Shown piece by piece: positions 25,273 to 34,105 of a stretch of 64,000 nt of DNA. Under the pieces are notes generated by a model. That model saw only the letters and a list, made by a program, of their open reading frames with translations, made no database searches and was not told the origin of the DNA. Positions within the stretch are counted from its first letter, which is position 1; every line of letters begins with the position of its first letter. The DNA lies in IMG/VR virus record IMGVR_UViG_3300048672_001051, positions 124,001-188,000 of that record. One strand, written 5' to 3'. A program made the position numbers and the translations under genes.

Positions 25273-26736
25273 TTAAACTGAAAGTGTATTAATTAACACT
25301 TCAGCATCACCAGACATGCTAAGGTATTGTAAGATGTTGTCGCTATAGCCTGCAAACTGAGTCCAACCATTAGATGGCTGTGCAGCAGATGTAGGTGAGC
25401 GGCCCATATTAAAAGCAAATTTATGCTCAATACTTCTAAAAAAGCTGTCAAAAGAATTGCCAGTGGCTAAAGACTGCAGCTGCATGTCTGAAAACATGAA
25501 CACAGTGTCTAATTCAACATTTGGAATGTTGTCAACAATACTTGCTAAATTAGTTCCACCGCCGACATCAAAGTGTTTAATCTTATTAATGATATCTTGA
25601 TAAGAATCACTAACAGACACTTCAATATTTTTAGAGAATGTGCCAAAGGTTGTAATGTAAACTGGTATGTTGTAATTATGTAATGATTTACAAATCACAG
25701 CAGCCAGAAAAGCACTATTATTCATTGGAATGCCCTGCATTGACAAGCTTGCGTCAACAACTAACCAACAAGCTCGTTTAGAAACTTGTGGAACATTGTC
25801 AATAGCGTAGCCCAAAGCTTGCACTAACTCGCTTTTGTACGATTGCGTTTGGTCGATAGCTGAATAAAACTGATATGGATACAGTTTTGCTCTAGCTACT
25901 GAACGACGATCGACAAGTTTTGAGCGAATTAAACTTTGAATTTCAGTTAAGCTTTCTGAAGCAACAAGCATACTAATAGACATGCGTTCGATATTAGCTA
26001 AGTTTTTAAGCAAAGCTTGATAACCGAGTTTATTGTTGCGTAGAAGGCTTAACCAACTGTCAATTCGAGCTTGAGGTGTTGAATTTTGCGAACTATCACT
26101 AAGCAAAACTTCGTGAGTGTCAGGTTTTTCTAAAGTATTATTTAAAATACATTTAAAAATACGTGACTGCTCAGAATCCTTAGGTTGAGGCCTTGCTGTT
26201 AAAATAAGAAACTTCAAATTGACATTGTTAATCTTTCGGTTATATTTGCCAAATTGATAAGCATCAAACTTATTTAAACCAACTTCCAAAGATTTTTTTA
26301 CAATTTTAGGAAGTTCTTTAGGCAGCAAACCGCCTGCAAGTAAATTACCAACTAGTTTCAACATGTCATCGACACGATAAAAATACTCGCCAATCAACTT
26401 ATAAGAGTTTGGAGGAAACTCAGTACAAGTTAAAAGATAGCTAGTTAGTAAATCTAAAGGTGCTTGTTTTAACCCAAGTATATGCCGTGCAAAAATAGCC
26501 AGATTAAAAACAAATTTACTTTCACCTGCAGCGTGTAAGTCTGCAAGTAGTTTAATAACAACAGTCTGAAGTTCAGTCTGTGTGTGGTAAAAAGTATCAC
26601 CTTTAATTAAACTGTTCAACACAATGTTTAAAAGTTGTTGTTTAGAGCTTAAAGTTAGTTGAGGATTCCCCTCAAGAGAAATTGACATTTTTGTCATTTG
26701 AACATCGCCTTTTAAAAGGGAAATGCTGACTTTCAA
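25273..26736 (-). CDS. Ro60/TROVE domain protein with C-terminal vWA
   Basis: FGKYNRK, THEVLLS, YQALLKNLANI, LYPYQFYSA, VVDASLSM, GGTN, FSDMQ. Confidence 0.85.
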   Translation of the reverse strand: MKVSISLLKGDVQMTKMSISLEGNPQLTLSSKQQLLNIVLNSLIKGDTFYHTQTELQTVVIKLLADLHAAGESKFVFNLAIFARHILGLKQAPLDLLTSYLLTCTEFPPNSYKLIGEYFYRVDDMLKLVGNLLAGGLLPKELPKIVKKSLEVGLNKFDAYQFGKYNRKINNVNLKFLILTARPQPKDSEQSRIFKCILNNTLEKPDTHEVLLSDSSQNSTPQARIDSWLSLLRNNKLGYQALLKNLANIERMSISMLVASESLTEIQSLIRSKLVDRRSVARAKLYPYQFYSAIDQTQSYKSELVQALGYAIDNVPQVSKRACWLVVDASLSMQGIPMNNSAFLAAVICKSLHNYNIPVYITTFGTFSKNIEVSVSDSYQDIINKIKHFDVGGGTNLASIVDNIPNVELDTVFMFSDMQLQSLATGNSFDSFFRSIEHKFAFNMGRSPTSAAQPSNGWTQFAGYSDNILQYLSMSGDAEVLINTLSV

Positions 26737-26760
26737 TTGAAAGTCAGCTTTAAATTTAAA

Positions 26761-27330
26761 TTACTGAATTGAGCGGATAAAACCTGCCAAGTCAGTCTTA
26801 CTACCTGCGCCAACAGCTTTAAACTTCCAATCGCCGTTATGTCGATACAGCTCTGCAAAAGTCACAAGAGTGCTTGTCGAATGATCTTCAGTCAAGTCAA
26901 AACGAAGAATTTCAACGTTAGTAACATTGTCAACCATACGTGCATACGAGTTATCGACTTGGCCAAAATTTTGCGAATTTTCCGCTGCATTGTGGATGCT
27001 AACCACGATTACAATTTTGGCAACATCAGCAGGCACTAGTGGCAAGTTGATAAAAATTTCTTCATCATCACCAGAGGCGCCACCAGTACGGTTATCACCA
27101 CTTAAAGTGACAGCCTTGTTTGGAGATTCTTTTTGGTTATAAAAAATGACGTTGGCTTCAGTGGCAAGTTTGCCATCTGAATTTAACAAATATGCAGAAG
27201 CATCCAAATCATGCGGATATGGAGAAGCAGTGGCATTTGGATTCCAGCCAAGTCCAATCATAATTTTACTAAGAGTTGGACAATCTTTGCTCAAGTTGAG
27301 GCTTTGGCCCTTTTCAAAAGACAATGACAT
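26761..27330 (-). CDS. terD: TerD-family stress protein
   Basis: LSFEKGQSLNL, GLGW, DLDASA, GDNRTG...GDDE, ELYRHNGDWKFKAVG. Confidence 0.92.
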   Translation of the reverse strand: MSLSFEKGQSLNLSKDCPTLSKIMIGLGWNPNATASPYPHDLDASAYLLNSDGKLATEANVIFYNQKESPNKAVTLSGDNRTGGASGDDEEIFINLPLVPADVAKIVIVVSIHNAAENSQNFGQVDNSYARMVDNVTNVEILRFDLTEDHSTSTLVTFAELYRHNGDWKFKAVGAGSKTDLAGFIRSIQ

Positions 27331-27366
27331 ATTTATACAAACCTTTGTTAACAGCATTAAGATTAA

Positions 27367-27714
27367 TTAGTCACAAATTTTGTAACTAACATTACAAGTG
27401 CCTTGGTTTAGGAAACCTAAACTTTGTGCAGCTTTTTTTGATAAATCAAGAGCTCGCCCTTTAATATAAGGCCCTCTGTCATTAACACGAACTTTAATTG
27501 TCTTAGCAGTCTTCAAATTAGTGACACACAAAACAGTACCAAAAGGTAACGTTTTATGCGCTACGGTCAAATCATTTTGATTAAACCTTTCACCATTTGC
27601 AGTTTGTTTTCCATGAAAACCTGGCCCGTACCAAGAAGCTTTACCGTGAAGTAAATCTGCAGCTGGGCATAAACTACTAAAACAAAGAGCTAATACTGAA
27701 ATAAAATATTTCAT
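27367..27714 (-). CDS. rlpA: RlpA-family lytic transglycosylase (DPBB)
   Basis: GKASWYG, TANGERF, HKTLPFGT, VNDRGPY, LDLSKKAA. Confidence 0.92.
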   Translation of the reverse strand: MKYFISVLALCFSSLCPAADLLHGKASWYGPGFHGKQTANGERFNQNDLTVAHKTLPFGTVLCVTNLKTAKTIKVRVNDRGPYIKGRALDLSKKAAQSLGFLNQGTCNVSYKICD

Positions 27715-27908
27715 ATAAACTCTCCTTCTATAATATTTTGCAGAATTGCAAAAATAGTATGTAAGTTTTGTCGGTTATGTTCCGACATTGGATTGTCGTA
27801 CCAATCATTGAGACGGTCAGGTGTGAGACCTGGCAGAATATAGTCAACATACTCACATAATCGACTATAGCAACACACAGTATTTTGTACGAAGTGTGTT
27901 ACAAACAA
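27711..27908 (-). CDS. Hypothetical protein
   Basis: 65 aa, coupled to neighbours. Confidence 0.55.
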   Translation of the reverse strand: MFVTHFVQNTVCCYSRLCEYVDYILPGLTPDRLNDWYDNPMSEHNRQNLHTIFAILQNIIEGEFI

Positions 27909-27909
27909 C

Positions 27910-28392
27910 TCAGGTGAGCATTAGCTTAATAGTTTCTCGAACTTCCATAAGTACAAGACCCAGCTTATTTTCACCTAGCCATTTTTCTTTTTTATAGATA
28001 TCTGGATTATATAAACTTAAACCAACACCCCAAAGTAAATCTTTAGGTGAGGCTTCAACAAGAATTTTATCACCAGTTTCTAAAAGACGAGTACGGATAT
28101 AAGGATTTTGCATAAACTTCAACAAGTTAGCTTCCACCATATACTCGTATGAAACTTGCAACCAATCTTCAGGTACAAAGTTGGCTACACGTCGACCAAA
28201 ACCTTTAATTTCGTCTGGGTTTGAAGTCTTTAAAATCTTTTGTGCAATTTTTACATCGTTGAAATACAAAGCTTTAGAATACATAAAGTATTGCTCAGTG
28301 CTCGTAAACCAATGATTATAGCGATCGCTATAAAATTTTGTAATATAAAAATTACTAAAATAATTTTTATAAAAAGGTACTATGTTATTCAC
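27910..28392 (-). CDS. NADAR (YbiA-like) family protein
   Basis: FSNFY, EQYFMYSKA, LVEASPKDLLWGVG, GENKLG. Confidence 0.92.
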   Translation of the reverse strand: MNNIVPFYKNYFSNFYITKFYSDRYNHWFTSTEQYFMYSKALYFNDVKIAQKILKTSNPDEIKGFGRRVANFVPEDWLQVSYEYMVEANLLKFMQNPYIRTRLLETGDKILVEASPKDLLWGVGLSLYNPDIYKKEKWLGENKLGLVLMEVRETIKLMLT

Positions 28393-28540
28393 GGAGTAAC
28401 TCGTTTATTTTTAATATTACGGGAATTTCGCCATGTACGATAAGATGTTTTCTTTGTTGTAAGCCAACATCCAAAAACATAAAACCAGTAAAGAGCTGTA
28501 ATAAGCCCAATCAACGCTAAAACATTTGTTACACTGATAA

Positions 28541-29167
28541 TCAGCATGTTTGAACACTCTCTGCCTTAATGAGGTTGAAAATAGTTTTATACAAACCTGG
28601 ATGAATATCATGCAAAAGTGGTGTAACTTGTGCACGAATTCTATTACGCCTATATTTTAAATTTGAATTGGATTTATCTGTGTGATAACAGATTGAATGC
28701 CTAGCTGCATACTCGTAAAAATCATTCTTACGTACAAGCAAAAATGGTCTTATAACATTAACTGTCGAGTATGGAATTAACTTAGGCTTGCCAGTAAGAC
28801 AAGTCATAATCCAATTTTCAACCTGATCATCTAAATGATGACCAGTGATAATTGGGTATTCTTTTTTAGTGAAAAAGTTATAACGTTGTCTATGATAATA
28901 ACTTTCTTCATTAACAGAAGAGTCAGTTAATTTTTTTAGATAGTCAATATGCAACTTAATGTTTGGGTATTCTTTAACATTCGACCAATAAAAATTTAAA
29001 ACTGCATTTAAATTTGCAGAACTATCTTGTGTATAATGCCACAAGTAGTGGATATGAATTTCACGGCTTTTTGATTGCATTAAAAAATGAACAATACTCA
29101 AGCTGTCAACACCGCCAGAACAAGCTACACCTAAAATATTAGGAATTTTACCAAGAAGTTCAAACAT
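28541..29167 (-). CDS. tilS: tRNA(Ile)-lysidine synthetase, N-terminal catalytic domain only
   Basis: PP-loop ACSGGVDS, GHHLDDQVE, RPFL, DKSN...RRNRIR; 208 aa. Confidence 0.82.
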   Translation of the reverse strand: MFELLGKIPNILGVACSGGVDSLSIVHFLMQSKSREIHIHYLWHYTQDSSANLNAVLNFYWSNVKEYPNIKLHIDYLKKLTDSSVNEESYYHRQRYNFFTKKEYPIITGHHLDDQVENWIMTCLTGKPKLIPYSTVNVIRPFLLVRKNDFYEYAARHSICYHTDKSNSNLKYRRNRIRAQVTPLLHDIHPGLYKTIFNLIKAESVQTC

Positions 29168-29179
29168 ACAATTTCGCTA

Positions 29180-29836
29180 TTAAGTAAAGTCTACTTCAGG
29201 CATAATTTTTTGATAAATCATTGTATTCATGTCTAACTCATATTCCAGCTCTGGTGGGAAATGAATGTGTGCATCTGGGCTGATATAAATCCGCAAAGTA
29301 TGATCTGGAGAGATGCCTTCAATGAGACCAATAAATTGGACTTCGTGTGCCATTTCTGGGAAAAATGGGAAAATCCAAGGAGTATCTTGATTATACGTAA
29401 GAAGCAAATATTCATAAGCTTCCATATGTAAATCAAAATCATCAATCATTTTCAGACGAATTTTATGAGGATACTCAGCAGTTGGTACCGTTTGACGGAC
29501 AACAGACCCATCGCTAGGTGTTGGAGTAGGTTCAACATAAGCACTCATTTGAGCAATACGTTCCAACAGTGCAGCGTCTGTCGCTGACACACCAGTAGTA
29601 GCTTGGATAGTTTCTTGTGGTGTACTGAAAGTTGCAGTAGGCTCAGATGTGGGAGCTAATGTCGCTGCAGCTTCTGTAGGTGCAGCAGCTACAACTGGCT
29701 GAATATTCAGCTGACTAGCAAGACTTTGCGTAGTTGTCACTGTAGCATCAGCAACCACAAGCTGCGGTGTATTTGCATTACGAGCATCTAAAGCGGTTTG
29801 TAGATTATTAGTCACTGTCATAGAGATTATACTCAA
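29180..29836 (-). CDS. Hypothetical protein with Ala/Thr/Pro-rich linker
   Basis: 218 aa; low-complexity N half, globular acidic C half. Confidence 0.7.
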   Translation of the reverse strand: MSIISMTVTNNLQTALDARNANTPQLVVADATVTTTQSLASQLNIQPVVAAAPTEAAATLAPTSEPTATFSTPQETIQATTGVSATDAALLERIAQMSAYVEPTPTPSDGSVVRQTVPTAEYPHKIRLKMIDDFDLHMEAYEYLLLTYNQDTPWIFPFFPEMAHEVQFIGLIEGISPDHTLRIYISPDAHIHFPPELEYELDMNTMIYQKIMPEVDFT

Positions 29837-29869
29837 TTGATATTTATGTTGATAATTTTAAAAATAAAA

Positions 29870-30178
29870 GACCTAGCTTTGATCCTAAGGCTAGGGCTTA
29901 GCCTACACACCAGCTACGAGTAAACACCAAGGACAGACCCCTTGTAAAAACATATACGTAGATTTTAAAAAGCTTTAAGCATTACGCTTTAAACTTTGCC
30001 TATCATAAACTTTTAGCTTTTAGCTTTAAGCTTTAAGCTTTAAGAGTCGAAAAGCACCGTCTTGCCAGAAGCAAGACAGTCCACTTTTTTATCTTATGAT
30101 AGCGGTAATAAATAATGGCTATTACCAAGCCCGTCTGTAACGGTATTTGCAGTGTGCAAGTAAAGATCAGTTCAAATA
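29870..30178 (-). ncRNA. Candidate structured RNA with tandem T(T/A)AAAG(C/T) heptamers
   Basis: Five tandem 7-mers at 30008-30044 plus two more nearby; multiple hairpins; 9-bp long-range stem. Confidence 0.55.
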
Positions 30179-30799
30179 CTAAAGTTCGAGTTCGACTTTA
30201 ATATTAATATTTGCTTCTGAAAGTACAGTGTCAAGTTCTGATTTCAAGAACTCAATCTGTACAGCCATTGCTTCCATATGCTCAGCTGGGGTACTTGAAG
30301 AGCCTTTATAAGCTAAGATAACTGGACAATGTAACTTGTCCAAACTATCTTTAAACGAGGCCACCATATCTGCAGGTGTAGTCGGATCCATTTTAGCTAA
30401 AGTTTGTGCTTCATAAGCTTCAGCAATTTTTTGAGTATCAAGAAATTGCCGACGATACGTAGCTAAAATAGTCTCAAGCTCTGCCACATAATTTTTACGA
30501 ATAATGGCTTCAGCAATAGACATTTCTACACCATTCACAACAACAGTGTTTTCAACGTTTGCTTTAGCAATAGCACTTTTAATGCGAATAATTTGATCTG
30601 CTTTTGCAGTCAGGCTTTGGCCTGACGACATAATAGCATTATTCAAACTTTTATCATCTGGATACGTCTTCAAACTTGGGCGACGTGTTTGAGTTCCAAT
30701 TACAAGACTGACAAGTACAGAACGATCTAATAGTTTTTTAAAACTATCAGGATGCTGTTTAACCATACTGAGAAGACGATGAAGGGTGTACTGGGCCAT
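30179..30799 (-). CDS. Coiled-coil protein, DIP1984-like from memory (start at MAQYTLHRLL)
   Basis: TLHRLL, MSIAEAIIRK, IEFLKSELDTVLSEAN pattern. Confidence 0.65.
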   Translation of the reverse strand: MAQYTLHRLLSMVKQHPDSFKKLLDRSVLVSLVIGTQTRRPSLKTYPDDKSLNNAIMSSGQSLTAKADQIIRIKSAIAKANVENTVVVNGVEMSIAEAIIRKNYVAELETILATYRRQFLDTQKIAEAYEAQTLAKMDPTTPADMVASFKDSLDKLHCPVILAYKGSSSTPAEHMEAMAVQIEFLKSELDTVLSEANINIKVELEL

Positions 30800-30945
30800 A
30801 AAAAATCCTATGTTTAAGTGTAAAGGAAAAAAGAAATAATAAGAAAAAGAATAGTTGTAGTATAGTAAATAAAACAACAATATTCTTTACAAAATAATGT
30901 TAAAAATTTCATGTTTAACCTTCAAAGGTAAACAAAGGCATTAAT

Positions 30946-30979
30946 GATGCTCCCTCTTATTTAAATAAGAGGGAGCATC
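30946..30979 (-). terminator. Terminator-like hairpin after NAMPT-like gene
   Basis: 15-bp perfect stem GATGCTCCCTCTTAT/ATAAGAGGGAGCATC. Confidence 0.7.
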
Positions 30980-30982
30980 TAG

Positions 30983-31272
30983 TTAAGACCAAAGACGCTG
31001 GCGAATTGCTTCCAATGAAGTTTCAGCAACAAACTGACCATCTTTATAGACAGTTTGAAGACATCCAACAGCTTCTTCTTCAAGTGTCACACTGTCTTTT
31101 AAGACGTATGCGCCACTCTCGCCAACAACTTGCAAAAGACCTTTTGCAGATTTTTTTGAAGAATCTGTTTTAGGATCTTTATAAATTGCTTGTGATTGGC
31201 CATTAACAATAGCGTTAGTGGCTTTCACTGCAGTGCCCAAATGATCACGAGAAAGCATATTCAAAGAGAATG
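30983..31272 (-). CDS. nadV: NAMPT-like protein, exon 2
   Basis: Splicing gives GVG-S-FSLNMLSRDHLGTAVKAT...KDPKTD...KKSAKG, matching the NAMPT C-terminus. Confidence 0.88.
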
Positions 31273-32289
31273 CATTTTTAAATAGTCGCCTAAAGGCGAT
31301 ACTACAGGAATATTAAAAAGTTCTGTCGACCAGTTCGTAAACACGCGAAAACTTTTATGCGTGTCTAAAATTAGTTGTTCAATCTGATAGGCAGTGTATA
31401 AATTTGTTTGTAAGCTGTCTAATAAGCTAACAGAGAGTTTAGACTTACTTTCAATAGCTTTTAAACGCTTATCTAAATTAGTCGTAATACCTATTTTATA
31501 ATAGGGTCCAACTTTTAAATAATAGACAAAAGCATTTACAAATTTTTTATCAGGATTTCTCAAAAAGAAACAATCTGAATAATTGCCGAGTAATTTTTTA
31601 TTTGCAACTAAATCGTCTATAGCACATCTAAAACAATGCTGACCTTGCAAATGTTTTGCAAAAGATTTTTTAAACAATCCGTGAATTGGGCATACAATAT
31701 CAATTACACTACGCATATTAACATATAAATCCAAATTTGTTTTAGGATAAATATATTTAAAATTGTAGTGATTATTGCAACGATTGATAACAGAATAATA
31801 GTCAGAAGTTCTTGTAACTTTAGATAAGTTAATGACACATCTCGGACAAAATTCTGTATATAATCTTTTATAAGCAAAATTTGTTAATTGATAAAAATAT
31901 GCACAATTTTTACAAATAAAATTTACTTTCAACTCTTTAAGAGTTGTTACAGTCGGTTGATCAACAACTTCATAAATAAAAGCATTAGTTTCGAAATTTT
32001 CCTTTAAAAGTGTTAAACGTTCTAAAAACTTATTAGCCATAGCTTTTGACAAATTAACATGCCTTTTTAAAGCTACGGCTGCAGCTGTAGATTGTTTATA
32101 CTCTTTTAAACATAAATGACAAGAATGTTTAGCTTGTAAATGCTTATCAGCTGTTTGCTGAAAAACATAGTTATGTTTTAAACATTTTATATCTGATTTA
32201 TCTTTCCAACTTTTAGCTTGGAAATTTGAATAATCGTATAAGCCATTGTAACGATTTTTTGCTTTGTTTATAAAAAACTCAATATTCAT
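31261..32289 (-). CDS. Intron-encoded endonuclease: Zn-finger repeats plus C-terminal GIY-YIG-like (T5orf172-type) domain
   Basis: C-x2-H...H-x4-C-x2-C repeats; VYYLKVGPYYKIGITTNLDKRL; GGAGGT SD. Confidence 0.8.
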   Translation of the reverse strand: MNIEFFINKAKNRYNGLYDYSNFQAKSWKDKSDIKCLKHNYVFQQTADKHLQAKHSCHLCLKEYKQSTAAAVALKRHVNLSKAMANKFLERLTLLKENFETNAFIYEVVDQPTVTTLKELKVNFICKNCAYFYQLTNFAYKRLYTEFCPRCVINLSKVTRTSDYYSVINRCNNHYNFKYIYPKTNLDLYVNMRSVIDIVCPIHGLFKKSFAKHLQGQHCFRCAIDDLVANKKLLGNYSDCFFLRNPDKKFVNAFVYYLKVGPYYKIGITTNLDKRLKAIESKSKLSVSLLDSLQTNLYTAYQIEQLILDTHKSFRVFTNWSTELFNIPVVSPLGDYLKMHSL

Positions 32290-32640
32290 CTAGTATTACA
32301 CCTCCATTTTTTGTGTTAATTATTATAACACAAAAATTAAAAATGTAAATTTAAAAATGGACTATATCTTCACTCCTAAATAAGGAGGCTTCCTGTTTCG
32401 GGTGATAAAACCCTACTCTACTCGCTTCTTCGGGTAGTTAACCCTATGCTTTCGATAGTCTCTGAACTCTCATCTGTATTTATTATACAGATGCTCAGCT
32501 GCGGATTAATTCATCAATAAACTTTTTACTATACCTAGGTCATTACGCTAGCCCTTATCTATATCACTATGATAAGTTAGTATTTATTGATTAAGAACAG
32601 TCCCCGCAATTAAGGAAGTTTTACTTGGGCCATTTTGTTA
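31273..32640 (-). mobile_element. Group I intron, 1368 nt
   Basis: P AATTGCGGGGA 32601-32611, Q AATCCGCAGC 32498-32507, R GTTCAGAGACTAT 32455-32467, S AAGATATAGTCC 32359-32370; P1 TTGGGT/GCCCAA with U.G at splice site; terminal G. Confidence 0.93.
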
Positions 32641-34096
32641 ACCCAACGCCAAATACAATATTGGTGCTAGCAAAGCCTTTCGCTTCAAGCCGTTTGAAAA
32701 TTTCAGTAGCACGTTCAAATGTAATGCCATCGCCATAAATCATACCGATATGACTATCTAGTACTTTATAGCCAAGCTCGTTAACCGTGCCGCCGAATAA
32801 ATCCCAAAGAGCTTCAATTGTGCCTTTGTACTCAACATCAATTTCTTTTTCAACAAAAGACATTACTGCAGTTTTATGATTGAGCTGATAATAATTTGGA
32901 GCTGCACGAACCCACGTTAATTCATTAGCAGTCACAACCCACAGCTTATCATCCCATTTAAAAGACATTGTGTAAGTAGTCACACCTTCTTTATTAGTTG
33001 GTGTGGTAGCTTCGACTTTGTTTGCAATACGCATTTTACAAACACTTAAAAATTCATCAAAAGTCTCAGCAGACTCTTTTGAAATTTCAATGTATTGCAA
33101 ATTTGTACCTGTAATGATATCGACAGGATTGCCGGAATCACCACGAATAACAAATTTGCCATCACGCGACATAATTTTGTCTTTGTGAATTGGTAAAATG
33201 TTTTCAATAACATTCCAATAGTCATAACTGTCAGCTACATAGCTGACAATACCCGTTTTGAATTGATTCAATACGTAGTCAATATACTTGACTTCACCAT
33301 CGTACTTATCATCAGGGTTAGACATTGTAATACCTAAAGTGGTAACACTATGCTCACCAGCTGGGACTGAATAGGCAATAGGTTGTTTTGAAATATCAGC
33401 ATTATAGTACTGTTCTAAGTACATGATTGCAGGCATATTATCTGAGCCCAAAGAGCTTAGAAGAAAACCTGCACCATTTGCTGCTGAACTTTCAAAACCA
33501 CTTTGACCGCGGAATGAAAAATCATGCAATTGAAAATCTACACCATCTGTTGAACCAGTGGTTTTGATTGCTGCCGCATTAGCTAAAATACGGAACAATC
33601 GGCCAACAGTTGCAACTGTCATTGGCTTCCAAATCTGAGCACTCAAGATAGTCTCAAGATAATTTGGAAGCCACTGAAAATCTGGATGAGTATTTTTTAT
33701 AGTAAACAGTGGAATGTTTGGTTGTACTAAGGAACCTTCAGGCAAGCCTTTGATTTCAATAGGTAAATAGCCCAAATCATGCAACTGTTCAAAATGCGAG
33801 TAATCACTCATACCGATGTATGGCGTGAGTACACGTTTCATCTCAGCGATAACTTCATCTTTTGGCTGATTAAAAAATGTGTCATTCCACATATTGTGAA
33901 AAATTTCTTTGATAGCTGCTTGCAAACCAAAGAAAACAATTTGATCATCAAACAACGGATAAAGTTGTTTCAAATAATGCGTAAATCGAGCAGTAAAGTT
34001 CGAATAAATCTGCTGTGTACCTGGAGTGGTAAACTGAATATGACTCAATTTGTATGAGTCTGTTAGTAGTGCTGCAAAAGCTGGAGTTAACTTCAT
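32641..34096 (-). CDS. nadV: NAMPT-like protein (NadV or Namat), exon 1; spliced product 581 aa
   Basis: LTDSYKLSH, YLET, LHDFSFRG, PAGEHS, VADSYD, RGDSGNP, IYGDGIT. Confidence 0.92.
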
Positions 34097-34105
34097 AAAA
34101 ATCTC

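Noticed and set aside
29960-30050. CRISPR array
   Set aside because: Repeats are 7 nt and tandem, with no unique spacers; no cas genes in the window.
30983-34096. ORF-track calls of a 491-aa and a 93-aa protein as two genes, or an intein in NAMPT
   Set aside because: Group I P/Q/R/S elements, P1 pairing and exact frame restoration show two exons; there are in-frame stops, so it is not an intein.
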